From NCBI GenBank assembly GCA_002633005.1, contig NMRA01000282.1, forward strand, positions 1 to 64,000: a stretch of DNA of 64,000 bases. The letters run 5' to 3'. This document shows, piece after piece, positions 52,639 to 64,000 of this stretch. The DNA comes from Phoronis australis. Lineage: Eukaryota; Animalia; Phoronida. Within the stretch, counting starts at the first letter, position 1; the number at the start of each line of letters is the position of its first letter. The position numbers and the translations under genes were made by a program. The notes under the pieces were generated by a model. It made no database searches. It was not told where the DNA came from and was given only the letters and a program-made list of their open reading frames with translations.

Positions 52639-52967
52639 CTGCAATTAGAAAATGTGTAGTAAAAATACACAACACAAAAAAGAGAAATGCATTTAATTTT
52701 TAAAGCACACCATTTTAAATTATTCATAACTTAAATTCGGTTGCAACGTCAAGACAGAATTTTTTTGTTGCTGCTTATGTGGTTTCGTTCAAAGCCTATG
52801 CAGTAAAATCTCACCAATTTCGAACAGTTATAATCGTCAAAAACTCCATTTTGGTTTTTCAAGGGCTTCTAAATATTGTCTGCGGGTATCTCTAGTACAG
52901 AGCTGGAACACGGAAAAAGATTAATTTGGTGACAAATACCTGGTGAGATTTTACATAAATTTTTCGC

Positions 52968-53000
<33 letters not shown>

Positions 53001-53001
53001 T
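52968..53001. repeat. (AAT)n microsatellite
   Basis: Direct reading. Confidence 0.95.
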
Positions 53002-54085
53002 TTATAACAACAGCAAATGCACCCAAGTCAGAAACACCAATGGTACCTAGCCACTAATTCTATATTTGAGTCATGGACTTGCAAAGTTGTCAGGATTTAG
53101 TCACAACTGAAACGGATTCTTACTATCAAACAATAAGTAGAAATTCAGCTGCCCTTTTGTGTGCCAAAATTTTGTTGAATTTCAATGTTGCCTAGTTTAT
53201 TTCGAAAACTTTCGGGGCCTTACGGGCTCAGTATAATTTTGCCAGCCTTAACCAAAGGGATGATGAGAAAAGTAGGCCGTGTCGCACAAACCAATCGTAT
53301 GAAAGCACTGACCTACTTAAACAGCACCTAAATATCTCAGAGAAATCTGCTCAACTTATTTCTGTTTTTAGTGAAGACAGAAAGCAAAAAAGAGGCATTA
53401 TTGCTTTGCACTCTCATGACAGCGTTTTCCCATTAAGTGACTTTACCAGACCTAGGGGGTTCTGGGCGTGTGATAACATCTAGCTTCTTTGTCAACTGCC
53501 AAGCACACTCTTTTGTCTGTTATGATAACAAGCAGGCCAATTATCTAACAGGCTTATTACAGACCACATGTGAACAGAGTTAAACTCAGAGTGAATTGGT
53601 GTACTCGGAAAGAATGGATTGTTGTAACTTCGATTGCAGTTGGGCGATTTTGGCGATTCAAAAACTAAGCATGATCACCATTTGACAAAGATTTCAGAAA
53701 TGCTATTGGTTTATGTTCAAATATGTTATAACTCAACTTTCATTTTTAACAGCACAGCCCAGTCAGGGTAGATATGATCTTATTGGAGATTAGAGCAATT
53801 ATCGAACAAAAGATAGCTGGCCCTCCAACCATGAATGCCAGAATGGGGTTAATCAGTCGTGTAAGATATTGGCTACAGGGGTAAACTTCCCAACTTGTTG
53901 TTGGGCTACAGAATCCAACAAGTTGGGAGCAACGGGGAAAACGTCGTAATGTTAAACAGCGCCTCTTCACTTTTGTAGCAGTTTATAAACAAGGGCACAA
54001 TTTTGCCATCGGGAAATTACCGTCGTCAATATGACTGCTCATAGGGGGTCAATAGAGGCATTACGTGCTCCCTAAAGTATCATAC

Positions 54086-54229
54086 CTGACATTGTTGAGT
54101 CCAACCTTCCATACCCTGGCAGTCTGCAATCTCCCGTTGAACATCCTGCAGACTCTGCTCCAGGAAGTGCCAGGCGATGTCAATATTACATCCATTCAAC
54201 CAGTTATGGTTTATGGAAATGGTGTCCTC
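54086..54229 (-). CDS. JMJD4: JMJD4-like coding exon 6 (not in the ORF track)
   Basis: Manual translation EDTISINHNWLNGCNIDIAWHFLEQSLQDVQREIADCQGMEGWTQQCQ; ttcag| acceptor, CAG|gtatg donor; phase 0/0. Confidence 0.94.
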
Positions 54230-54764
54230 CTGAACAAATAATGTCTATGTTGAAGCAGTGTTTCAGTTTCAAATTCGTGTGGGATCTTAAATAATAAAAT
54301 TGCAAGGGGTCTGGTACAAAGTCTACCAGACATGCACAAGCCCTTCAAGTGGGACTAATGCACTGATCATCTTTGTTGTGTGCAAAGTTTTATCGTTTCG
54401 AGCAATTTATTTGCCCGTGTGCCGCCCTTTTCCATTATTTATTTACGTGTTGTGAGGAATGCGTTTAAAAATCATCTTCTGAATTATTTTGCCAAGTGGT
54501 TCAAAAACGATGCTGGAAAAAGTAAGGAAAGAGTAGAATTTGTAGAAAAGTAAGAGCACCGTTATACTGTTAAACAATGAACATATGTTAGCAATGTTTA
54601 TGAACTTCATTTATTAGTAAATTTATTTGCTCTCTTGAATCTCAGATCAAATAAAAATCTATATAATTTCAAACCAGTCTTCTTTATAATGTTTGATACA
54701 GCAGCACAACCTGCAAACATTTTATGCTTTATTAATACATAATTTTACAAAACGAGCTGAGGAG

Positions 54765-54866
54765 CTTGAGACCTGACTCAAGGGTCTAGCGGTGTGCCCC
54801 AGTGAGTCCCAAACCCATGACCTTGAGTACTGGAAATGGACACTTATCACACTAGGCCATACTGCC
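54765..54866 (-). mobile_element. decayed tRNA-derived SINE head
   Basis: Minus strand GGCAGTATGGCCTAGTGTGATAAG (A-box-like) ... GGTCATGGGTTTGGGACTCAC (degenerate B-box), followed by CCCTTGAG. The B-box is too degenerate for a functional tRNA gene. Confidence 0.45.
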
Positions 54867-55401
54867 TCTACAAATCTACAGATTGTAGAGACTGTAAAAG
54901 TATATATTTTCTGAAATTAGAAACTCTGCAGGAATTTGAATTCTGACATTATACCAATATCTCACTAATTTTGTTGTGTAAAATGTAGCAAACAGAAAGC
55001 GTACATTCATAGAAAACAACACTATCAAAAAACATGGTCAAATTTCATTTGATGTAAAAAAGAAAACAAAATCTCAAAAACACTACTGCGGTTTTCTAAA
55101 AGACCATTTTGTTTTCAAAAAAGGTAAGTCTTATTTTTGAAAGCCTTTCATGATGCAAAACTGAAACATTTTAAAAATAAACTCAAACAGTTCTGTACAC
55201 AAATTGTGGCATGTGAAAGTTTCATGAATATTTGATAAGCCATTTCTGAGATATAACGTTCCAAAGTTAGTCTCTCACAAGGGATAAATTACTGTTAGTC
55301 TGTGCAAAGAAAAAGAACCTCACTGGAATATTTAATAAACTACAGTTATCACAATTAGTGCATCTAGACATTGCACCACTTTTCTGCTTAATTTCACTCA
55401 C

Positions 55402-55568
55402 AAGATTCCAAACTTGGTGAAACCAACCACTGGGGACAAAAATGACCTCTCCTGCCTCCTGAATAACCTCAATTATGTGGACACCAGGTGGCACTTTTTC
55501 ATCATGTAACATACTGGAAAGGTCAAAGGGCAGGTTGCCGTGCGAGTCGTTCAAAAGCTTTTCTTGCC
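55402..55568 (-). CDS. JMJD4: JMJD4-like coding exon 5 (distal His iron ligand)
   Basis: (G)QEKLLNDSHGNLPFD...QEAGEVIFVPSGWFHQVWNL; ttacag| acceptor, |gtgagt donor. Confidence 0.95.
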
Positions 55569-56772
55569 CTGTAACAAATGGCAAATAAAAACTTGAAGAC
55601 AGATCACTGTGCATATGGGTAGCCCAGTGTGTCCTCAGTGTGGTAATGACGCTGAAACCCCCTTAACACTAGATAGAGTCTTGCCCACCTTCTTATAGGC
55701 TAAGATGCAAGCTCCTAAATGACAGATTACATCCCTTCAGCATATAGTGGATGGAATAATATTATGTTTGTCTATTTCCATAAAAAATAGACTGACTTGA
55801 AAACCTCTTTCACAAAGAAACTCTAAATTGATAACAAGGCTCCCGTGAGTTTTAGCTCAGGTGTTTTGTGTAACGGGCCCAACCATTGCGCCTGAGCATG
55901 TCTGATGCACCACAAAAGACACCAGACTGCCTGTGCTATGTTTTTACGTGACAGTACAACATAAATTCATACTCTTCTGGGATTTGATCAACAATAAACT
56001 TCAAGCCGAGATTTCAGCCTATACATATCTTGCAGTCATCATGTACAGTACATTACAAAAGTATTCAAACAAAATAACCCAGAATTCCCCGGACGTAGAG
56101 TAGCTAGAACCCTAATTCATAACCAGAGTAGTCTTGCCTCATGTCCAAGAATGACGAGGAATTAACAGCAATGTTAGAAAGATGGATATTAGCTTAAAGC
56201 CATTTTGTAATTGTAATTTTGCCTCCCTAATATTTATTACCAGTAATGTTGCTATTTAGCCGTCATGGCATTTGTCTAATAACTTTTTTGTCTTGAGTTG
56301 TACTGTGCTTGCCAACCTGTATGTACATATCCACATAAATCATAAATGTACTTTAGTTGAAAATCAATGAAATTTACCTCAAGTTCATAAATGAAGGGAC
56401 ATTTCCTTCATCCTCAGTAAGTACATAATACGCAAATTATAAACCAGGCACGCGTTCTGTAGATGCAAGAAGTTTGTGTGAATGAAAGATTTCGCAACAT
56501 GTCACCACCCAGTGAAAGCGAAGTCCGTAACCACACTAGCTTTACTCGCGAGATTCTTTCATCTACGGAATGTTACCCAACAACAAAAAGACATTCAAAC
56601 CTTTCCATAACAAGACAGAAAATTTTCAAAAAACCATGCATAGTGCCAGAGTGAAGAACAGGGCAAGAAAGCCATCAACTTCAATAGGGAAGGATAACCC
56701 TTCTGAAATTTGACAGCTTCATGTCAATGCGTGGTGAACTGCCAATGATCTCAAGGATAAATAATGACGTAC

Positions 56773-56858
56773 CTGGTGGAACCAAGACCCACTTCTTTCG
56801 ACCACAGATATTGGCAGACCAACTGTAAGAACGAAAAACGTCAGCGTGGAAAGGTGTC
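56773..56858 (-). CDS. JMJD4: JMJD4-like coding exon 4 (HxD iron-binding motif)
   Basis: (W)TPFHADVFRSYSWSANICGRKKWVLVPP; tttccag| acceptor, G|gtacg donor. Confidence 0.95.
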
Positions 56859-57149
56859 CTGGAAAAGATAAAAGGCACTGATAATCAACCTATTGCAAAA
56901 TCTGTTGTTGGAATACCTGTGATAATGGTTAAATTTAAAAAATTGATTTAAGAAGAGAAAAGGAATTTTTCTTCAAAGATGGGAGCTTGTCCCAAATTTT
57001 AGAAAATTCGCCTCAGTTACAATGCAATTACAGATGAACCAAACAAAATCTAACAAGATTCCTCAAATTTGGTTTTAAATGAAAAATCAATTAATTTTTG
57101 ATTTCTCGAACTTTTGCAAATGCTCAAAATTTTAATGAATCTCATTTAA

Positions 57150-58310
57150 CTCATTCCTTCCTGATCCCCCCTTATGGCGTGACTGTTTATTTTCACTCAG
57201 GGCCTGATGCCGTCTGGAGGCGTTATCTAAGAATGTATCTCACAGGGGGATCACGCCTTCAGGAGGGATAGAAGGCAGCAAGTTATTGGTTTAAGTTTAA
57301 ATATATCTAGGGTATTCCCAGTTTTCTATCCAATGAGGATTGAGACACCATACTCTGTGTTAACTTCTTGTTTGTGAAGTTAATGCCTATTGGCTGTTAT
57401 TTCTGGAATTTAGAACCATTTATCAATTCAAGGAAAAACCAGGAAGCGTGTTATCTTTGTAGTGGTTGTTGTGGTAACTTTTGAAAGGTTATAAAGATAT
57501 TCCTCCCTGAAATATAGTATGTTTGTTTGATTTGAAGACTAGAATGAAGTTAATTGCCCTGAATTGTAGCCTAATTGGTGTTACATAACACTGCTGTCAC
57601 CACTTAATCATCTGCTAGGGTGCTCCTGTTTATTTTATTTGAACTGACCAGAAACAATAACAAAATGTTCAATTACTAGGAACATTCTACTCTGTGACTA
57701 GCACTGTGCACACACTCACTTGAAATTGCTGCTTTCTCACAGTTCTTGAAGTTTTTATTATGGAGGATAGTGTGGATACTGATGACACTCAGGTCACATT
57801 TAGATATTGACTTCAGTGATTATGGATATGAAAGTGTGGATACTGATGACATTGGTCACATTTAGACATTGACTTCAGTGATTATGGATATGATAGTGTG
57901 GATACTGATGGCACTGAGTGGTCAGATTTAGATACAGATTTCAGTGATCTAGTTTATGATGAGGATATGCTACACAGAAAACTTTCTTGACATGTTTTCT
58001 GGAAATTTAAATGGATTATTTGTAAACAAACGTCTTTATTTCTGGAAAACAAAAAGTAAAACTACTTGTTCAACCCTTTATTGATATTGAACTTGGATAA
58101 ATTTTACATGAAGCTCATTTACTCAAGATGTATTGCTGAAAATTTGGTAAGTATATGTTTACTAATGACTGAGTGATGAGGTTTTAATTATGTGCAGTGC
58201 TTGTGACCTAGTTCTGAGTGAAATACCCTCGACTTCAAGGGGGTAGACATTCCACAGCTCAGCCAGGCCACTAAGCAATTTATTCCATATGGTGCTCAGG
58301 GTCGAATGAG
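57150..58310 (+). mobile_element. non-autonomous piggyBac-like element in JMJD4 intron 3
   Basis: TTAA|CTCATTCCTTCCTGA ... TCAGGGTCGAATGAG|TTAA: TTAA on both sides with imperfect TIRs; internal acidic-coding tandem repeat. Confidence 0.68.
57766..57950 (+). repeat. ~60-63-bp tandem repeat x3
   Basis: AGTGTGGATACTGATG..GGTCA(C/G)ATTTAGA..TTCAGTGAT repeated three times. Confidence 0.88.
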
Positions 58311-59698
58311 TTAAAGAAAGTTGTAAAGTACATTTATAATGCAAGCAAACAATAAGTTAATTTTCAATACTTGTTCCATATCATAAAATTAACAAGATGA
58401 GGTTTCACCCTTATCCAACGCCAAGTCAGATACCTAAGTTGAATTGTTCTAGTGCTGACATTCACGAATCAAACTTTTTCAAATTTAATTCGAACTCAAC
58501 GCTTACTTGTACATTCATTTCTCTGCCTGTTTTATTTTGCAAGCATGTGACAGTTATTTATCAAAAAAGACCTACATTTGACATGGATGGAATTTAAAGC
58601 AGACGTGTCATCCCCAAATGCATTCGAACATGGTGCTGAACTGTATTTGAAAAAGTCTGAGCCATGTTTGAAATTTTTGAGTCAGAGGCACATTTTAAAA
58701 GTGCAATTTTTCCTGCTTTACAAGATAAACGGTCCATATAGTCTTGTTTTTAGTCCCACATACTTTATTTGTTTGCTCTTTAATGATCGTGACATGCTGG
58801 TCAATTGAAAATAATATCTACTGCACAGTAATTTTCAGGCGGACTTTGATAAAACACTGCCAGGCTCTAGCAAGCTTAGATATTGAACCATCTTGCCAGA
58901 ACTATTTGGGAGAACTTTTGTCACTGCAGTAAAGTAGTGTTGGTTTAGAACTCTTGTCGGGTTTTAATATAATGTTATTACACCTAACCACTAATTTATG
59001 TTAATATAATGGACTTGAGCAGCAAGTTGTCACAACTTTGACAGTGTGGGAGGAGAATGCATGTTGATAAAGCATAACGATTCAGTAAGAACTGAAACCG
59101 ATTCTGGTAAAAATAAATGGAAATTTTGTCATGGATTTGTGCACCAAAATTGTGTCCAATTTCAACATTTATTTAAAACACTGCTGTATGTAGCTGACTG
59201 TCTGAATTAGCAGAAAGTAAGATTAGGGTGCGAAAAAAGATCCACAGTTTGTGTCATGCTCCAATAACCCTCATACCCTGTTGGCACCGAGGTGGTAATA
59301 ACTTTGATAACTGGTTTTACAAGAAGCAGTAGCTTGGTTATAACCCTCTACGAGAATGGTTTAGCAAGAGGTTACAACGATTGTAACTTGGTATGAAAAC
59401 ATAAGGTGCAAAAGTTGTAACTCAGATGGGGGCGCTGCAGTCAAATCTCGATGGAAACAATGGCTGCCGAAGCACTAACTGGGGTGAGTCAGAAAGAGAT
59501 AGCACTGACGATTAGCAACAAAAACCTCAAACTGTAGTCACAATTCTAACTGAAAGACGTGCAAATGGTAGCTATTACAAAACATTTGTTACAAATGGGT
59601 TTAGTTGGTCTGATTAAAGAGTTGTATATAGAAAGCTTGCTATTCCTTAAGAGCATTTATTAATTTGTTACCAAAACTGACCCGCTCCTAATACCAAC

Positions 59699-59830
59699 CA
59701 CGTTCCTTTTGGACCCATGTAAACAAATCTGTAGTCATCTCCTGAGTCCGTTCCTTCTAACCAGAATTCATTCAGCCAGTCTGACTGAAAATAAACCGGA
59801 GTGTTGTAGGCTTCGTAGTCTGGGAACATT
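59699..59830 (-). CDS. JMJD4: JMJD4-like coding exon 3 (not in the ORF track)
   Basis: Manual translation: (K)MFPDYEAYNTPVYFQSDWLNEFWLEGTDSGDDYRFVYMGPKGT(W). ttccag| acceptor, TG|gttgg donor; phases 2/2 match the neighbours. Confidence 0.93.
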
Positions 59831-60582
59831 CTGGAACATCAAAGACGAGCGTTTGGTTTAACAATTGAGGTGATACGATTCCTCCCACAATTTTGAAGTT
59901 GATAAAGCTTATAACGGAAACCAATTGAAACTGATAATTGACAGCACAAGCCAAAAGTATTCAGACAAAATGACCCAGAATTCCCTGTCATGATGGCAGA
60001 AGCTGAATCAATCATCAGAGTAGTCTTCCTTCATGACGGATAATGAGGGCAAATGAACAGGAAAATTAGTAAGGTGGCTAAAGACATTCTGTGCTTAGAA
60101 TTTTGAACCCCTGTACTAGTTATTACTAGCCATTTTTACTGTTAACGGAATTAGCCATCAAACTTTCAGGCCATCAAACCGACATCAATCTAAAAATACT
60201 GAATTGATATCAAGGCCCAAAATGCAAAGAATTATAAGAATAAAACTTCTTACAATTGCCCTATCATACAAATGACAAGTTCCCTATTCTGTGCCATCTG
60301 GTCATATGATGTCACAAAATTAGTCCAACTAAAATCAGTAACTAACTGGTGTTACATGTACTACAAAATCAGGAGGCAACAGATATTCTACCGACACAGT
60401 TAAATCCAGCATTGCACATAAGAAAAGAGTTGAACAAATGACAGCCCACGTCAGAGAATGACCATTGCAACTTTGAGCCAGCTTTGCAGTAGTGTGTTCT
60501 ACTTAGAAGTCTTTCTGATTTCAGGTTGTCAGGCCAGCTTGTATCTGCCAGTGGGTGGGTGTATTCTCAGAAGATGCTGGTA

Positions 60583-60985
60583 TTAAGGTTGCATAGGACC
60601 CTAGAAAAATCTCCATTTGGCTAACTTTGGAACCTCATATCTCAGAAATGGCTGATCGTATCCATGTGAAACAGTCAGATGCTATGATTTATGCACTGTT
60701 CTCTAAAACGCTGTTAGGAATTGTTTTCAGAATGTCCCACTTTTACATGTCTTGAGGGGCTATAAAAAATACGACTTTAATGATTTTCAAGAAAAAGTTC
60801 AAAAGCTGCATAAAACAAAATGATAATTTAGAAAATTGAACAGCATTTTGAGATTTCATCTTAAACAATCACATCAAATGAAATTTGGTCATACTGCGGA
60901 TACTGGTGTTTTACGATCAATATCAATGTAACTTTCTTTTCACTAAATTTTACCAAAAACAGACATGATCACGCGACCTAATTAC
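60583..60985 (+). mobile_element. dispersed repeat family E (begins TTAA-GG, Kolobok-like end)
   Basis: Shares TTTATGCACTGTTCTCTAAAA, TTTTGAGATTTCATCTT and AAATTTGGTCAT blocks with 23497-23845 and 22190-22402. Confidence 0.55.
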
Positions 60986-61135
60986 TGCAGGCATATCTGA
61001 TAAAAAGCCTGAATTTAAATCCAACAGGCTTTCCCGTTTCAGAAAATAGTTACTTTATACTATTACTGACTAAAATTTATAGTTTAGTATATATTTGGCA
61101 ATATGTGTCTAAATAACAATACTGGGTACACAAAC

Positions 61136-61301
61136 TTGAGAAAATGCCAATCTTTGAGGTAGAGACAGTCCATGTCCAAAGGGTAGCCCTTCTGTTGATA
61201 GTCTCTCCAATACTGTAGGTATTCACACAACAACATCTCCTGCTTGCAGTGTGATCTATGCTGCTCAGTACTACAGTCAGCCACTGGCACGCTGGCTTGG
61301 C
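61136..61301 (-). CDS. JMJD4: JMJD4-like coding exon 2
   Basis: Acceptor tttcag|. (G)QASVPVADC...EYLQYW...CLYLKDWHFL; the YLKDWH motif is typical of JMJD4/JMJD6-type JmjC proteins. Donor AA|gtttg (phase 2). Confidence 0.9.
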
Positions 61302-61366
61302 CTGAAATCAAAGTTACGGTCTATGAATTTGGCTTGGCCTGAAATCAAAGTTATGGACTATGAATC
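61293..61366. repeat. 37-bp tandem duplication spanning the JMJD4 exon 2 acceptor
   Basis: TGGCTTGGCCTGAAATCAAAGTTA(C/T)GG(T/A)CTATGAAT twice. Confidence 0.92.
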
Positions 61367-62069
61367 CATACACTCATTATTGACAATATTCAAAAGTCAA
61401 AGACAACAAGAAGAAGATGAAAAATAAGAATGTGAATCCACATGAGAGCACAAACCACACCGGTAGGTTACCATTAAATTATAGCTACAGTAGTGCACAC
61501 TTGAACTGTGACCGCACTGATGTCTGGTTTGCACACCATGATTTGGTGGTTCAGCCACCTGATTCGTTACCCAGCCCTGTACAGAAAATGCCACCTACAG
61601 AAATTTGTTCTGACACTAAAAGCATAACAAGCCCTGTGGACTTCCTCTGACAGACTTTGTCACATGCTATAATTGTACAATTATTACAAGCTATCCTCTA
61701 AGTGATTAGCCACTCTTCAGATAAAACACCAGCCATTTTGTGGGGTCTGTGGTTCAAGGAGGGGGTCATTCCCTTGCCAATTTAGCTACCTTTTGAAGGA
61801 GTTTTCAAACATGCTCCAAACATTTGAGGTTTAACAAAAGCTACAGGGCATTGCTTCTCCACATAAAACTATGATGCTACTATTTAGTTGTCAAGTTGAA
61901 TTCTGAACCAATACACTTTGGGATTTATAAACATTATCACACTCATCCAGTCTTAAATTGCTGCCGATTGAGCTGACAACTCACAGGCAACGCCAGGGCG
62001 AAGTTCAGCTTTAAGTGAGTGAGCAGTGTTGATAGGTTAAGGGATGCAAATTCTTAACACAGATCTCAC

Positions 62070-62301
62070 CAAAGTGTTCTTCAAGGAAATCCAGGTCTGG
62101 TTGTCCATCTGCTGTGAGCCAATCTGACCGACTTTTCCACTTGATTGTGGTCAAAGGAGGAAAAACACATGGCCTATTTGGTAGCATAAAATTGCTGAAG
62201 AAGTCATCATAACTGATGTTGTACTTGACATGAGTGACTTCATTAGCAGATGAATGACAGAGGTGGTCTTCTTGTGAAACTTGTGCATCTTTCTGTGACA
62301 T
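62070..62301 (-). CDS. JMJD4: JMJD4-like oxygenase, coding exon 1 (start ATG tentative; acceptor-like ttaacag| 6 nt upstream suggests a further 5' exon)
   Basis: SYDDFFSNFMLPNRPCVF..W..R..W...DGQPDLDFLEEHFG resembles the JMJD4 N-terminus. Donor G|gtgag at 62069 (phase 1). Confidence 0.88.
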
Positions 62302-64000
62302 TTCAGCCTGTTAACAAAAATCAAGAAAAATTATCTTGACAGTGTCGCGGGCAATTCCATAAGAACCACGACCAAGATTAAAAAGAGCCCCTGTGGAAAC
62401 AAAGGGCAATAAATTTTCTCAGGGCTCTTTCATCTGAAAAAAACAACCATTTGACAGTTGAATCCTACACAATGCTTGGTGATAGTTCCAGAGCTTAAAC
62501 GTTGCGCCAAATTGACTCTAGGTACTGGGAAAGAAAGATAAACAAAAATAAGACGACAACCAATCATAGAGTTAGATTTCAATCAGCAATTAGTGCCTCG
62601 AGATTTGGTAAGATTGGGAACATCTCATCACTTCTATCTTTGTCAACAGACGGTGAATACGGTCGTACATGCAATATACGATTCCTCAAGCAAGGACTCA
62701 CACCCAGGCACAAGCTCGACCAAAGATTTTCTACTCAATGCTTGCGTTAAAGCCCACATGCTGAAGGGTATCAGCCAACAAGGCCAAATACTTTGAGCAC
62801 TGACCATGCAAAGTGAATGCTATCTATCGACTAATCTCCGTTTTCTCCCGATTCTTCGAGCCACATTTCTTATTTTTCAAAAGAATATGCACAAAAGGCA
62901 TTTATCGAAAAACTGCCACTTCCTTAGCAGCAGTTTTGAATGCTAACATACATTAGCAGTGATCATTCAGCATAACATGCAAGTGGTACCCACACAGCCT
63001 CAAGTCTCTGGGAAAATTTGGAGGGCCTACAGGCAATACCATTTTTTTGTCCTTTTTTCTTACAATTTTAATGTGCTACAATGCATCAATGAATTTAGGC
63101 AATTACATCGCCGTGGATGCCGCAAGGGCAATAGTACATTCCAACAAAAAGTTACGAATTTCAAAATACAGAAATTAAAATCAAATGAAACGTGCATGTA
63201 TGCCCATGGAGTTATAATTAATACATACCATAAGTCTGGAGATGATTCAGTCAAGACAATTTGAACATATCGTTGAAAATCTGTGGCGGTTAGCTCGAGT
63301 TTCTCTCAACGGGTACCAATTTGAGGAAGTTACATGAAATCACGCATGTTGTCGAATAAAAAGTCCAAGGGACACAAATCTTACAAATGTCACCCGATAC
63401 CTTCCCATGCTATTTTGCAAGTCACGCGCCAGTGTCACGCGCTTCGCTCAGTTTCGCGCTAGCCTAACTCACGTGTTTCAGTTGAAGTACTTTGTGGTTA
63501 TTGCGCGCATGGTGAAAAAGTTAACAGTGACCAAAAAAGTGGGGTTGGAATTCTTCGTAACTATGCTTCACCAGAGATATGTGTAAAAGTGGAAAGGACC
63601 ACTGAAGCACTGAAGAAAGTAAGCACTTTTTTTAAATGATAGTTTTAAGTGTGGAATGTATTTTTAACAAGGTGAAAATTAATTCTTTATCGTTGACCGG
63701 ATTTGGCCTACTGCCCGCTTAGAATACACGGTACGAAATTCATACAGAAAGTGATGGGAAGCATTGTAGCCCCTAACATGTCAACCGAGGGGCTACGTGT
63801 TGCCTAGGCAATGACCATCGCCTCTGTTGGCCCGGCCAGAGGCTATGCAGCTCATATAGGCGCTCCATAAGCCGGAAGCTTTTCGGCGAATTATGCCTCG
63901 CATCGACAAAAACATCAAAGTCACGTTGTTATAAATACCTTTTGCGCATAGAGGAACACCTTAGGAGATTGTCGATGTGTTTAATTCCTTCCAACTCAAA

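Noticed and set aside
54790-54866. Functional tRNA gene
   Set aside because: B-box/T-loop is degenerate (GGTTTGGGAC) and I could not build a convincing cloverleaf; kept only as a SINE-like remnant.
63712-63779. Candidate upstream coding exon for JMJD4
   Set aside because: Weak donor, and phase 2 does not match the phase-0 acceptor at 62307; the true 5' exon cannot be located from sequence.

Overview
Eukaryotic (invertebrate-like metazoan, roughly 40% GC) genomic DNA from a draft assembly with N gaps at 8565-8579, 15124 and 35388. Two spliced protein-coding genes can be reconstructed with canonical GT-AG introns and matching phases. (1) A complete three-exon hedgehog (hh) gene on + (30948-31259, 46904-47165, 49701-50380; 417 aa) encoding signal peptide, Hedge signalling domain, GCF autocleavage site, Hint domain and sterol-recognition region. 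(2) A seven-coding-exon JMJD4-like JmjC 2-oxoglutarate/Fe(II) oxygenase on - (62301 to 52222; about 447 aa), convergent with hh and with about 1.8 kb between the stop codons. The 31 kb upstream of hh and its 15.6 kb first intron contain no recognisable gene; they hold MITEs, other non-autonomous DNA transposons and minisatellites. Most short ORFs in the supplied track are spurious. Points most worth following up: an Asp-to-Lys change at a Ca2+-ligand position and other substitutions in Hh-N; a FoxA/Otx/homeodomain motif cluster in hh intron 2; a 37-bp duplication of a JMJD4 splice acceptor that would give a frameshifted isoform; two CATG-ended MITE families sharing 5-bp TSDs; and a TTAA-flanked piggyBac-like element with an amplified acidic coding remnant. 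I found no convincing wholly new biological system. All comparisons with human proteins are from memory, not from database searches.
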